NCBI GenBank assembly: GCA_977030845.1
Contig: OZ365115.1
Span: 8,990,001 to 9,054,000, forward strand
Origin: Fimbriosthenelais zetlandica
Lineage: Eukaryota
Length of the DNA stretch: 64,000 bases
Direction: 5' to 3'
Shown here: positions 37,301 through 50,023 of the stretch, one piece after another
How the letters are laid out: every line of letters starts with the position of its first letter
Position numbering within the stretch: the first letter of the stretch is position 1
The notes under the pieces: model-generated
What the model was told of the DNA's origin: nothing
Seen by the model: only the letters and a program-made list of their open reading frames with translations
Databases searched by the model: none
Position numbers and translations under genes: made by a program

Positions 37301-40300
37301 TTGTTTTCAATTTTCTATAACAAACTAGTTTTCCACTTTCTTCAATAAAATATTTTTACAAAACATTTTTCCACTCTTTTGACAGCGGATACAGTTATTT
37401 TTCATTATGGGCAATTCTTATTGGAGTCTAGGGGTAATGGAGTGATGTCGGGGGACCCCCACCCCCGCCCCACCCCACTGATAATTATTACAGGTGAAGA
37501 AGCAAGTCTCTCGTGGCCCAGCTACCGTGATGATCTAATCATTCATCTGGCTGCCTAGCTCAGCCAAAACAAAAGATGAACATAAGATATTTATCATGTT
37601 CAATCATCCGTGACCGGCACGGGACCATCATTAATTGTCCACAGAATCACACACTGACTTCACAGAGAAAACAAAGCGAGGAAAAGAAGCTAGGCTCCAC
37701 TATCTCTGGACAGTTTTGTTTGGCAGAAGGTAGAAATCCTTTAGTTAGTGGTTGGGAGGGGAAAGGTGGGAAGTAATATCAGAAACACTTTCTGATGTGT
37801 ATAGGGTTTTTTTCCGGTGAGAGCAGATCGCAGTTTTTAGCTATGACAGTTGTTTGATAACTACAGTTTATGGGGGTAGCTATCTCTCCGCCAAACCCTG
37901 CGCGTAGAAAATAACTGCCTGGCTTAGACATTGATTCCGACAATCATAAAATGGAAAAATCACACATGTTCATAAATACCTTTGTAAAGAATGGGTAGAG
38001 TGTGAGATAGTAAAGATTACCTGTGTGGGGGGTTCCTCCTGGGTGCTCGGGCAGGATGAATCATATGTGGCTGTGTTAGGACCATGTATACGCAGGTAGC
38101 GGTTCAAGCCTTCCGTCTTCAGTTTCTCAGTGTCCACTAATTTCCCCAACCTATCAAAATATTTTCAAAACTTAATCATGGATCTCTCTGGGGGGATCGA
38201 TTCAGAGTAAAATAATATAAAAACACTACTGATATTGTAATTTGTTAGCTCCCAAAAATAAGAAGGAAGATAAACCCCGAGTCTATAGACAACCTGAGGC
38301 AGCGGAGAGAGAAGTTGGGGGTCGGGGTTCAATTACGTCAGGGTCCTAGCTTTTATCCACCGTGAAGCTTTCGTTACGGCTCACTGGTTTTGGGCTGGAG
38401 AGTGATTGGGTGGCGGGGCGGTCAATTCTAAGTAAGGGTGGTACTATAGCTTTAATGTGCTGTCAAGCTTTCTCCATGGCTAACTGTGTATTGCTTGGGC
38501 AGTGGGTGAGGAGGGTGAGGCGGGGGGGGGGGGGGGGAAGTTAGTTGTGCTAACTCTCGTCATGCCTGACTGGTTCTGACTTGACAGTGGCATACATGTA
38601 ATTTGGGGGGGGGGGGGGTGTTGGTAATTGGTTAATTGGTAGCGCGTGTTTGGGTGGCAGTAGGTTTGACGGGTCGCTGTTCAAGTCTGGGTCTGGGCTT
38701 AGCTTTTTACTCTCGAGTGATTGCTATAGCTTACTGGCGTGAGGGGAGTTGGGTGGGGGAGATGGCAACAGTGTGTCATAGCTGTTTAGAAACAAACGGG
38801 ACTGAATAGGAAGCTACTCTGAGATTCATATATACTTATAGGGAAATACATGTACGGCTCGGATTCTTGGATTTCAATTTTACCTTCAAAGGTTGTGCAC
38901 TACTCACAAAAAAGTTAAATCAGTAGCCGGCCTACATAGTCATTTCCAAATTCTAGAAACTACAAACCTGTATCTTCATATGTAGCTTTTTGTAAGTAAT
39001 TTAGGCTGTATTCAAGGTTCAAAACCTCAACTTTTCCAGGACATTTCTAGGACATTACAGATTTCCATGACATTTTTTAGGACAAGTTCAGGACGTTCCA
39101 GGAGTTTAATATTAACCCTCATATTTATTCAAGAAAGTTGTTTACTTTTTGCGTCCGCTGGTTTTTTTCAGGAATCCTTCCTTCTCGAGTCTGTTGACGA
39201 GGCCTGCAGCTACAGTGGAGTCGACGCCGAGTCTGCGGGCCAGGTGACTGTGTAGGATGCGGTTAGACTCAGTACAGGCATGCAGGGTCCGCCGCCATAG
39301 ACACGATGCCTGAAATACGCATTTACTTTATTAAATGGTCTTAACACAATTAAAATGGTCATAAAAGAAGTAAGGCTATTTTACTGAAGAAAAATTATTG
39401 AAAAAATGAATTTCTGGGGGCAAAATTTCAGAAACCTTTCCATGGCCACTAATACTAGTGATTTTTTTCAGGAATCTAATGAATGTTCTTTCCTAATTTT
39501 ACTGATAACAACTGTTAGAATGTTTTGCTACATTAACCCACAAAATACTCTGTACACTCTCATTCAAATTCATTTAATTTTGGGGGGAACAAAAGGTCTT
39601 TCCCGAACCTTTTTATCCCACACTTTTTTAAAATTAGAAATTAAAAGGAAATCATGGAATTTGATTGAATTCATTAAGGAAACCCACCTGGATGGCGATG
39701 AGGCTGAGGCCAAACAGTGAGGGGTCGGTGGGCTCCAGACCGGGAATATGAGGCTGAAAAGTGCGAGGTGGAAATCAATAGTACAATGAGAGATTCATGA
39801 GGTATAATGATATTTGATTGTTAAATCGATGTGTTTGCTTGAGCAAAATTGGTGTGATGGAGGCTGAGCATGGTAAGATGCCATGATAGGCGCCATGCAT
39901 GGCTGACCACCGCTCAGTCGTGTCTGAGGCGGGGTCTGTGGTCAATAATGTGGGTTAAACATAGGTCATCTAAGGTCATCAGACTCACTCAATTGTTAAA
40001 CACTTAAATGATGATATTAAAGGTTAACTAGCTGAGTCAACTGACTCAGTATCAGCCTTCAGGGTTCCCAGCATTTCATGGAATCCCAATTTCCATCCTG
40101 ATTTTTTCTTGGTGATTTTTCAAAATTCCAGGGTGATTATTTTCTGCAAAATTACCCCACAAAATACCGTTTTATTCCTTCTTCAACTTGAAGGCAAAAG
40201 GAGGGGGGAATTATGAAAGGAAGGCGTGTGATCGCACCTTCGAAACATCCAAGACAACATTCATACAATGAGAAATTGTTTGACATTTTAAACCAAATTT

Positions 40301-43300
40301 TTTATAATTCCCCTCTCAACTTCTCTCCAGATGGTCATATAATAACAGCAGAATTTCTGGAGTATGTATAATGACAATTTTTGACTTTTAACAAAATCAG
40401 ATTCATAATTTCCCACTCAACTTCTGGCCATATATCAGAGCTCAGAATGTCTGGAGTATGTATAGTCTACACTTGTTTGAACTGTTGGCAGTGGATGGAC
40501 AATTGTTGACAGATTGTAGTCAGTCAAGAGAGAAGTTTGGCATCACAATAAAGATTAAGGCCCGGGGTATGGGTGGGGTGTGAGGGGGTTTAATACCCGG
40601 CATCATGCACACACCCCACTTACTTAATGGATCCTCAGGCCCTCCACACACACACATAGAGCGGGGTCAGGCTAATATCATCTACATAACGACCACTGTG
40701 AACTCCTTAATAATGCAGCAAATCTCATCTAAAACTACTCAACACTAACTACATTACTGATTAAAAGATAAAACTGAAAAAGAAAGAAAACTGTGGTTCA
40801 GGTACTAACAAGGAAACCTGCTCTCAATATTACAATGGCCAACATTCAATACTCTATGTTTCGCTGAACAGATCATTGTTTTAGGTGTTAAAATAATAAA
40901 TTTTCATTAAATTTATTTTCTTCAAATATTTCAACCTATAGTTCAATTGCCCTTGATGCCTTCCTCTTTTAATCTTTCTAAATTCCACTGATCTTTTTAA
41001 CTTAACTGTTAAAATAATGTACTTTCAAATTTATTTCCATATTTCCTATTTTCATAGTTCAATTGACCGTTCCTTATTGATTTGTTCGTCCCGCCCATAA
41101 AAGAAATGACAAGAGTGGCTAGGTATAATTGATACTAAATACTGCATGGTTATAGATCATACCGTGTCATTTATATTATTAATGCTCAATTATCCCTTTA
41201 ACCTGACAACTCACAAAAAAAACCTAGGGCACGGAAATTACAGAAATCATACAAATAAACCATTTGCTTGTGTTGTTTCGGAAAAAGATTAGACAGAAGC
41301 TCTCATGTCAGAGATAAGATCATGGCTTCAGTTTGTTTTAGTTTTACTTCCAAAGATCTCTCTCGATCAAAAGAATTACAATTTCTTCAATTTGGCTTGG
41401 ATCTTCTATATTAATATATTTTATATCCCTACTAAAATCGTACATAATTAATATATTATGAATACCCATCTTTGGAAATGTATAATACCATCATGAATAA
41501 GATAAGATAGTAAATTAAATATATTTTAATAATGTTTTAAATGACTTACATTAGCACAGAAGGTACAGATGTGACTTTCAGGGGCCTCCTTCTCACTCAT
41601 GATGGCGAAACAAACTCCGTGCTGCCAGAATTTACACTGAGTACAAAGTATCATCAGACCATCGTCCTGCAATATCAAGAATATAAATCTTATTTGTTTA
41701 ATCATCTGGAGAAATAATGTGTACGGTCACTGTATGATTTTTTTTCACCAACGCAAAGTTCTAAGACAAGTTCTAAACCTTGAGCAAGACAAATTAAATC
41801 AATTTTAAAATTTAGATCATTCCCAATCCATCTTGATTTTAAAAGTTAAGACAATACACATGTTATGATGTACATTCTTCATATTCAAATATCAAAATCC
41901 ATGTCAATTTAATGAATGAATTGCTCACCTCGTTACAGCCGCATGGACAGCGGACAGCCTGGTCGTCATGATTCACGGCAGCAGATGAAGCCTGAGACCC
42001 TGTGGTGCTCACAGCCTGCTCATCCGCACCTTATAATATATAAAATTATAAATAAATACAACTTAATTTTAATATAGAATAAAAATTAAAAATAAAGGTA
42101 TGAGGGGGGACTCATACCTTTATTGGAATGGAAAGAGGAGACATATTTCTCATTAAAAATAATTTGTAGTTGACAGAAAATTAATTTTCAAGTTCTTTTT
42201 CACGTTAAAAATTAAAACATTGGGGTACCTGGTCGAGCAGGGGTAGCAGTAGGCACGGAATCTCCCTCCATGGGTTCATTGACACGACCACGAGCAGCCA
42301 GATTATAATCTCTCTGATTAACAAATGATGAGAAAATCAATACAGTGCTGTCCATAGGAACAATGTCACATATACATGTACGCAAATTAGTACTATACAT
42401 AAATTAATCCATCATTGATCGATTCAATAATACATGACACTAAAGACAAAGTGAGTTTACTGAGTTCAGAGACCAAATTTTTCCATCACTCGTCCATGAA
42501 TATGACAGGCTTTCCAGTACTAAATTTGCCATGACTCTGTGAACAACAGGGAATAAAATATTTATTTATTCTTTCTTTTTTAATAATTATAAAGTGCGGG
42601 GTTTGGCTGACCTGTATATCCATGGTTTCGGACTCCTCGTCCAGGCCGGTATTGTTGATGGCTTTATCTGCCTTCATCTTACCCTCGACCTGCGTCTCCT
42701 CCTCCCGACCACCTTCAGCTTCATCAAACTGCTTAGCGTCCGTCTTGATACGGAGCTTCACCCTTTAAAATGTCAATCAGAATTGTTTATTGATTTAAAA
42801 AAAGAATTTAATGTCTATTTATTACGGGATATAAGTTATGTTTGTACAGTTTCAATGACGGTTTCTTTATCTGGAAGCCTACTAGTACTATGGATTTAAA
42901 AAGTATATTAGATGAAATTCATTGATTCATTCATTTTTTTCCCGATTTTTCATCTTTTCGTTTGTCTCCTCCAATCTATATTTTCTTTCTAATTGCGATC
43001 TTTATTCCTTTGTCATTTTCAATGCTTTTCTCTCTCCTTCATTTCCTTCTTTCCCCCTTTCTTTGCTTCTCTTTTATCCATCTTTTCTCAATGTCTTTCC
43101 CGTAGAACAAGGACTGTGGTTGGTGCTATGGTCGGTCCGTCAATGGGGTGGGGGTCGTGTTGGGGGTGACAGGAGGACCATAAAAATGTAAAGTCCTGAG
43201 TGCCTGCTGGATATCATGTATAGATCATGACCGGGTCAGAGACAGGTCAGTTTACATTGCTTCATTCTACAACTGTATATAAAAGCAGATCACATCAAAA

Positions 43301-45807
43301 GCTCCCGCCCCTACAACCCTAACATCTACCCCCCCCCCCCCCCACGACCCACCCCCTCCCCACACCACCCCCAACAACCCACCAAAAACCAAGCACCCCC
43401 AGTCTTATTTTTTTTCTTTGAAATCGCTGACGAAAGCAGAACAGAGGAGTCACGACACATTGCAATCGGTGCCTAATCACTGCGCCTGATAACATCGCTA
43501 CCAATCTTAAAGCCTCGTCTTTGTCATTCGTCCAAACCATTTGGCAGGGAATGGGAATATAATTGAAAGGCAATATACGAGGGAAAAAATAAATTAGAAC
43601 ACAGCTCAAAGCTTGATAAATAATGATGAATTAAGAACAGTAACAATGAATAAAACATTGATAAATCTTGAAAATTCGATTTTAAAATATATTTGATAAC
43701 TTACGAATGGAAGGGCTGTGGTAAGGTAAGGATGTTCAGTATCATGAATCAAGAACATACATGTATTTAAGTAAGTTGAAAATGTGATTTTTTAATGTTA
43801 TTTTAGTTTTACTTACAGTGTTCACTGCCCCAACCTTGATGTTCATGGGATCCTCCTGGAATTTGAAGATATCAGTAACGGCGGCAGTGAAACCAGGGGG
43901 TTCATAATCCTCGGGGGTCACTAGAATTTAAGAGATAGATGTACTTTAAGATATAAATATTTTGCCCCAATACGATTTTCTCCAATTCCAATATATCTAT
44001 ACAGGATTACCACTAAAGTCCCGGGTAAGTCCATTTTTTTTTAATTTCCACTTTAATAGATTTCTTTTTTTTAAAACTAAAGTAAATTGTGCAGCAAAAT
44101 TACGTATAAAAATGAGGTAATGTAAATTAAATTATGGTACCATCGTCATAGTAGAGGAGCTTGACGGTCATCATGACGTCATCAGGTAATGACTGGAGTG
44201 ACTGTGTGAGTAGGACGATGGTCCTCAGTAGCCGCATGGTGGCCTTCTTAGTCTCAGCAGCACTGTTAGCGCTCGTTATTCGGCTGTTGTTCCTGGGTAC
44301 AGAAAATATGTTAAATTAACTCAAATTATGAAATATATTCTTCATGTATTTTTAATATAATAGAAGACTCATTTAAAAAAACTTTCCCCAAATATTCTTC
44401 ATGCCTGCTGAGATAAGGTTCAATATGTCAAGAAGATAAGTCGCTTGTCTAAATTTATTTGAATTTGGAAAGAGAATTAAATTAATTTACCTGTATATAT
44501 CCACGCCTGGTCCGTCAGAGTCGTTGTAGGAGAATTTGAAGGTGTAGGACTCTATGACTGTCTGTAAAGTAAAAGAAACCAAAATCTTTATTTGATAACA
44601 AAATAAATGTAAATTCTAATATTGAGAAAAAATACAATGTTCAACTTCTTATCTAGATACATCTTGGAATTACTTACATCTGGGTCATCCGGGTCAACAA
44701 AGATCTGAAAAAAACAGCCAAATTATAGCCAATTATTAAAATAGATATTTCTTTCTTTTTATTAAGAATGTTAACGTATAAACAGAATATTCATGATTGA
44801 AATAAAAATTCATATTTGCTTACCCCAATGACTAGCACACGTAACTGGATAGAGAAAAAGTAAAAATGACAATCAGCTCCATCGGTCTATCGGTCTTCTT
44901 TTGTAATTTAAGAATTAATTGTAAAATTTCATCTCCAATGTAAAAAAAAACAACATAGAAATGTGTCCTCATATAATACTGGGACTACTTACGTATTGTT
45001 TATCTATGGCATCAAAACAACCTTTCAGCCATTTAATAACCTGGCATGCCCCTGGACACGAACTGTCATCACGGAGAACTTTCAAGTTTAGATCTGTCAG
45101 ATAATTAAAATAAATGAACTTCCCACTTAGACTACGGTACATGTCTGTTTCTTTTCTTCCTTTTATTTTAGAAAATCATTTTTTTTAATGAAGAAATATT
45201 TTTAACAAATCGAAGAATCTGAGCACCCAATTAAAGCTCTATATTAATTAGATACATTATTAAATAAGGCTGAAAAATAAAATGCACTCATTTTAATGGT
45301 CAAATAGATAAGAAGTTTGTGTAGAACTAAAATTGAAAAGGAATACCTACCTTCGAGTACTCGATCTCCAAAGGCGGGCTCAGGAAAAACAGCTCTGAGG
45401 TAAGTGATACTGGATACAGCTACGGCTAGCAACTTCTTAACGAACAGTCCAGACTGCTGGGCGTTTACTTGCTCCGTGGGAAATACATTAGACCACTGAA
45501 AAGTAATTAATAAAAGAGGAATTCAGACATTTTTGTAGCCTCCCGGTACACGAGTAGAAATGACTCCCAAGACCAAGTCTCCCAAAGTCAAAGACTAAGT
45601 TTCCCAAGTATACAGGGAAGACCTTTTTGACAAAAATTTAGACGAAATTTAAGACTTTTTTAGGGCCTTTAAACTTTCAATTTATAGATATGGTCAAATG
45701 AAATGCCAATGGTGGCCCAATCCGCAATCGAATCATAAATTAAAGACACAACTCACCGTCCCCTGTTTTTCTTGGACCCGCGGGCCCGACTTCATTGCAG
45801 TCGGCAT
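34356..45807 (-). CDS. HORMAD1: Meiotic HORMA-domain protein (HORMAD1/2, Hop1-like) with PHD finger and winged helix, about 597 aa, 20 coding exons
   Basis: Exons (minus): 45807-45757, 45495-45351, 45093-44993, 44844-44824, 44704-44678, 44561-44491, 44292-44141, 43920-43817, 43715-43705, 42762-42612, 42313-42229, 42029-41929, 41666-41550, 39753-39688, 39309-39146, 38150-38021, 36491-36441, 35997-35917, 34718-34650, 34451-34356. All introns are GT-AG with continuous phase (1794 nt). HORMA motifs: [56 protein letters not shown]. C-terminus: SQESSQGSKKRRKASIANKTITV. Further phase-0 exons may have been missed. Confidence 0.92.
35223..35417. mobile_element. MITE-like G/C-rich insertion in a HORMAD intron
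   Basis: Ends CAGGGGCAGAT and ATGCGCCCCTG (reverse complement CAGGGGCGCAT), with internal poly-C and poly-G runs. No clear TSD. Confidence 0.4.
38347..38525. repeat. Degenerate tandem repeat, about 100-bp period
   Basis: tagcttt...aagcttt...ggct(c/a)actg at 38347/38365 recurs at 38448/38465, and each unit ends in a G-rich tract. Confidence 0.5.
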
Positions 45808-46175
45808 GATCAGAATTTGTCTTTTCTGGGCTGATTACTGTGTCTCAGGTAATTCTATTCAATATAATAAATCAGTTAAACATTGACACATCATATGTTG
45901 GACATGATTATGATCAGAACAGTTACAGAACGCCTGGTACAGAACGGTGCCCCCCTCTGTCGAAAACTGGCAGAACAACTCAGAAGCAGACGAATCCAGC
46001 CAAACGCGGTAGCTGGATTTATGATAGATATATTCGGTTTGATACCGCTAAAACTACTTCATATTACATGAACTGACAATGAGGACGATCCTCTAATACC
46101 TTTTTTGTGCGTGTGAAAAGTCTAAGATAGGAAAGTGAATTACCAAAATGAGAATTTAAACATCCGTGAACTTAC

Positions 46176-46532
46176 CAAGAGCAGAAATTACAAATGGCGG
46201 ACGGTTGTGTGTGGGGAAAAAAATCCTACAAGATGTTGTAATTTTTGTCAGAATTAGGTCTCGTCATGACATTACACTACAAATCATTGATATATAATAT
46301 CAGATTCTATGTTTTAGAATAGATTCAATCATTGAAACAGCCTATTTGATTGATTATTTACTCTGGTGTGGGATATTATTTGTCATACACAGACCTTAGT
46401 TACCCAGCATGCACCGCTTCGTTCACCGGAAGTAGCCTCAGGTTGCTAGCAACAACAACAAAACACCAGCGACTTCAGCTTGATAAAACCCCACTTTCCC
46501 GTGCTGAAAGTACTAGTAAACCGACTGCCAAG
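46176..46532. promoter_or_regulatory. Bidirectional promoter region and non-coding first exons of HORMAD (minus) and ROPN1L (plus)
   Basis: Minus-strand donor TTG|GTAAGT at 46175 and plus-strand donor AAG|GTAAGT at 46533. Between them: YY1-like AAATGGCGG (46192-46200), MYB-like CAACCG on minus (about 46202-46207), ETS CCGGAAGT (about 46426) and X-box palindrome GTTGCTAGCAAC (46442-46453). Confidence 0.7.
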
Positions 46533-46905
46533 GTAAGTCAATGTAGATCATAAAAAAGGGGAACAACTCTGTTGACTAGATATTTGCACGATATTGAAAT
46601 CTACCTGTTAAAATCGTGTTTTAATTCACATAGTTTGTAACATACCTGTCTTGAAATCTGACACTTGTCTTGACTCAATGAGTCAAGTCAGAACTGGTGT
46701 CAGCTCACTCAAAAGATCTCAAACAAGTCCAGTCAAAATAGTCAAGCTGCTGCCAGTATGCTACTGGAGACTGTGAAAAGTATTAATCTTACTGGTTGGA
46801 GAACACATAATTTAACATGTTCTAGGCCTGTAATGTGGCCTACTCGTCTACTGCATTCATTTTATCATTGTCAGATTTGCTCACACTCTCCTTCAAAAAT
46901 TCCAG

Positions 46906-48190
46906 ATGCCACAGCCAGACGAGCCTTTCTACTGTTCTCAACAGATCAACATTCCTCCGGAGCTACCTGATATTCTGAAACAATTTACGAAGGCAGCAAT
47001 TCGTACACAACCGAAAGATGTCTTGGCGTGGTCTTATGCCTACTTTAGGGCCATGGCCAACAATGAATCACCTCCTGTGAAGGAGCGTTTAGAGATGCCA
47101 GTAGCAACACAAAAAACAGACACAGGCCTTACTCCAGGGCTGCTTCGTGTGCTAAACAAACAGGTAATCATTCTTGTGCAATTTTTTTACTGGTTAAGTT
47201 AGGTTGTCAAATTGCTACTATGTTTTTGTTTTGTAATACCTAATACAAGTTATGTTTAACTAAAGGAAAAATCTAATATTAAATAAGATAATGATTGTTT
47301 TAAAAATCTAGTGAGGAAAGTTTATTATTTGTTAAGGTGTGTGATTTAATTTCTTCTCTGTCTGAACATGTTGGTCATGTTGATCGTCTTTGCCATACTT
47401 CTACATTTCATAAGATCTAGACCTCTTATCATTTCATTAATATTTCAGCTTGGCCCCAAGAAAACGGTACCCTTGTCAATGATTGAGGAAAAGTGGAAAG
47501 ACCTCGCCCTACCTAAAGAACAGTTTGACGAGCTCGTCAAGATTAGCACATTCTCTGGAGACGTGGAATGGATTAAATTCTTTGCTCTAGCCTGTTCAAC
47601 TTTAGGAGAGGTGAGATGGTGTTTGCAGTATTTTCTATAGGAATGGTTTCTTTATATGAAAAATTTGTATTTCCTAGGTGATTTATCAATGCATCATTTT
47701 GGGAAAACCTGTTGTTTTGCATGATGTATATTTAATTCCAAAGACTATTTGTGAAAGGTTCCATGGAATTTTAACCATATCTGACTATGTTATATGCTTC
47801 ACATATATAACTGTTCAACCAATGATTATAAAAATATAATAACAAGTAAAGGACGAGTAAATGTAGTTTCTCGGGTTGTATAATGATTAATTCTTCCATC
47901 CCAAAATAATTAATATTACTTAACTTTATTTTTCTCTTCCCCTACAGAACATCACAGATGCCATGAAGACAATCTGTGAGATTTTAACAGCGGACCCTGA
48001 AGGCGGTCCGGCGCGCATCCCCTTCCCACTGTACCAGGAGTTGTATAAATACCTGGCTCAGGTTGATGGAGAAATCAGCCAGGAGCACATCAACACAGTC
48101 ATCTCCCACCTCCAGTACGACGTGGACAAACAAGACGGCATGGTCCAACCTAGAAACTTCCTCAGCTCAGACTGTCCAAACCTTTCATAG
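46906..48190 (+). CDS. ROPN1L: Ropporin-1-like protein (radial spoke RSP11/ASP family, RIIa dimerization-docking domain), 220 aa
   Basis: Exons 46906-47163, 47449-47610 and 47948-48190 (TAG), all phase 0. Motifs: MPQPDEPFYCSQQINIPPELPDILKQFTKAAIRTQPKDVLAWSYAYF, GLTPGLL..L..Q, EW.KF.AL.CS.LG, PEGGPARIPF. An acceptor lies directly before the ATG, and AATAAA is at 48720. Confidence 0.96.
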
Positions 48191-50023
48191 ACAAATCCCA
48201 TTTTATTTTATAAGGCGGTACTCCACTGCTGCATTTTGCTTGCGACACTACTGCGATGATGCTTGTCTCACTAGAATTTATATGGTCGACGAGCCCTTAA
48301 GGCCGTCCTCCACTGGTATATTTTACATATACCAATCATTCATCAGATCCATCAATACAACCATCAGCTTTGTCGCAAGCAAATTGGCAGCAGTGGATCA
48401 CAACCTTTATGTGTCCGTCCAAGAACCATGAGATTGATTGTAAAGCCTATCTCTGGCCAGTCACTGTCTCTTATTTTATTTCTCATTTAATTAGACGTGA
48501 AATGTGCTTACAGGCAGCACACAGAAACGTCTGACCAATATTTTATTTCTCACTATATTTTCTACGATTCCATCCAAGCACTTAATGTTGCCCGCGCAAA
48601 CCCAAACTTTGATGTAAACGCCCCATTGCTGTGATAAGAATCGTTAACAGCATTCGATCAGTCGATAGAATTGTAAATATATCTCAACTGTTTATGTATC
48701 TATACATGTATATGAATGTAATAAACTGTTGGCTACAACTCCTGATTTAAAAATGCTTTTATATTTACTTCTATCATAATTATTTTAAAATTCAACAGCC
48801 ATGAACCACTTCTAAAGTGGTGTAGTGCTAGAGTTTGCCGTGTGAGGTCGCGACAGTGTACACTTAATATATGGTACTAGTGGCTCACTCGCTTGGCACT
48901 CAGCAGAAAGAGGACAACGCTAGTGTCCACTGTGTTATAATTGAAAATTGTTCAAAGCCCTCCGCTACCACCAACCCAAAATATCTGAGACAAATCGGTA
49001 CTAGCTCGTAAAGTAATGTAGGCTTATTTACCATTCAAGAGAAATAAAATTACATCCACGTTGCAGTATTAATTTATAACACGTTTATTTACCATAATGC
49101 TCATAATATTGCACAGACTGCATGCAATATAATGAAGTGTATTCCAGCGCATGGAACACCAATGGTCCGAGCCCTCTCAACGTACGTCAACATTTACTTA
49201 TTTATAGGCAATCACTGGAATAAAAACTCCCTCTTCTTCATTCTTTCTCAATAACAGACCACAGAATATAGCATCAGTATCTAGGAAACGATAAGTTAGG
49301 TTGTCAGTCTATGATCTGTAATACAATGTACTATACCAGTATAGGGGATGAAACCACAGAGACTGAGAGATGGTCAACAAATTGCTCCATACTACAAATT
49401 CCTTTCCTATCTGGTGCCAGATCAGACTACTGTAACTCAAATCAAAATGGTGGTAATATTACGTGTAAGTAAATCGCTAGCATCTCTTGAAGTCCGAATG
49501 GTTAATACCGTATATATTCACCTATTACATTTTTGGATACCAAGACAAGTACCGGGACTGTCCTACATATCATAATCAACTAGATTGATGAAGAATGCAT
49601 TGAATGCCTAACGGTATACCAAATAGAATCGTCGTGCATATAGTAATAAGAAATGTGTAATAGCCCTCTGCTTCCCAATTTCATTCATGTATATAATAAT
49701 TCCATTCATTAACATTAACTTGTTCACAAATTTATGCACCATACATTATCGATCATCAGACGATTAAAAAGCTTCCACAAGAGGTTCCATAATTATTGCC
49801 ATAAATCGTTCCAAATTTGGAGATAAAATCAAGATAAGATACAGAAGCTATCACAAGCCAAGAAAGTGTCCACCGACTTGATATATTATATATACATACA
49901 CACTCAGTGATAAATCTGTTTATCTGTTCTCATGGTCCTATCTACATTGATGAATCTCTAAAGTTAGGATCCATTATTATACAGAGCTTGTGCAGACTAT
50001 GGGGTGATGGACACCAGAATGAT

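Noticed and set aside
42486-42537. Acceptor-like site in the HORMAD intron (SHGKFSTGKPVIFMDE*)
   Set aside because: It leads to a stop with no good donor, and the gene reads through without it. It could be a minor truncated isoform but this is unsupported.
22751-43433. Hammerhead-like CTGANGA cores at 22751, 26741 and 43427
   Set aside because: None has the required stem II followed by GAAA (GGTA, GATA or no stem instead).
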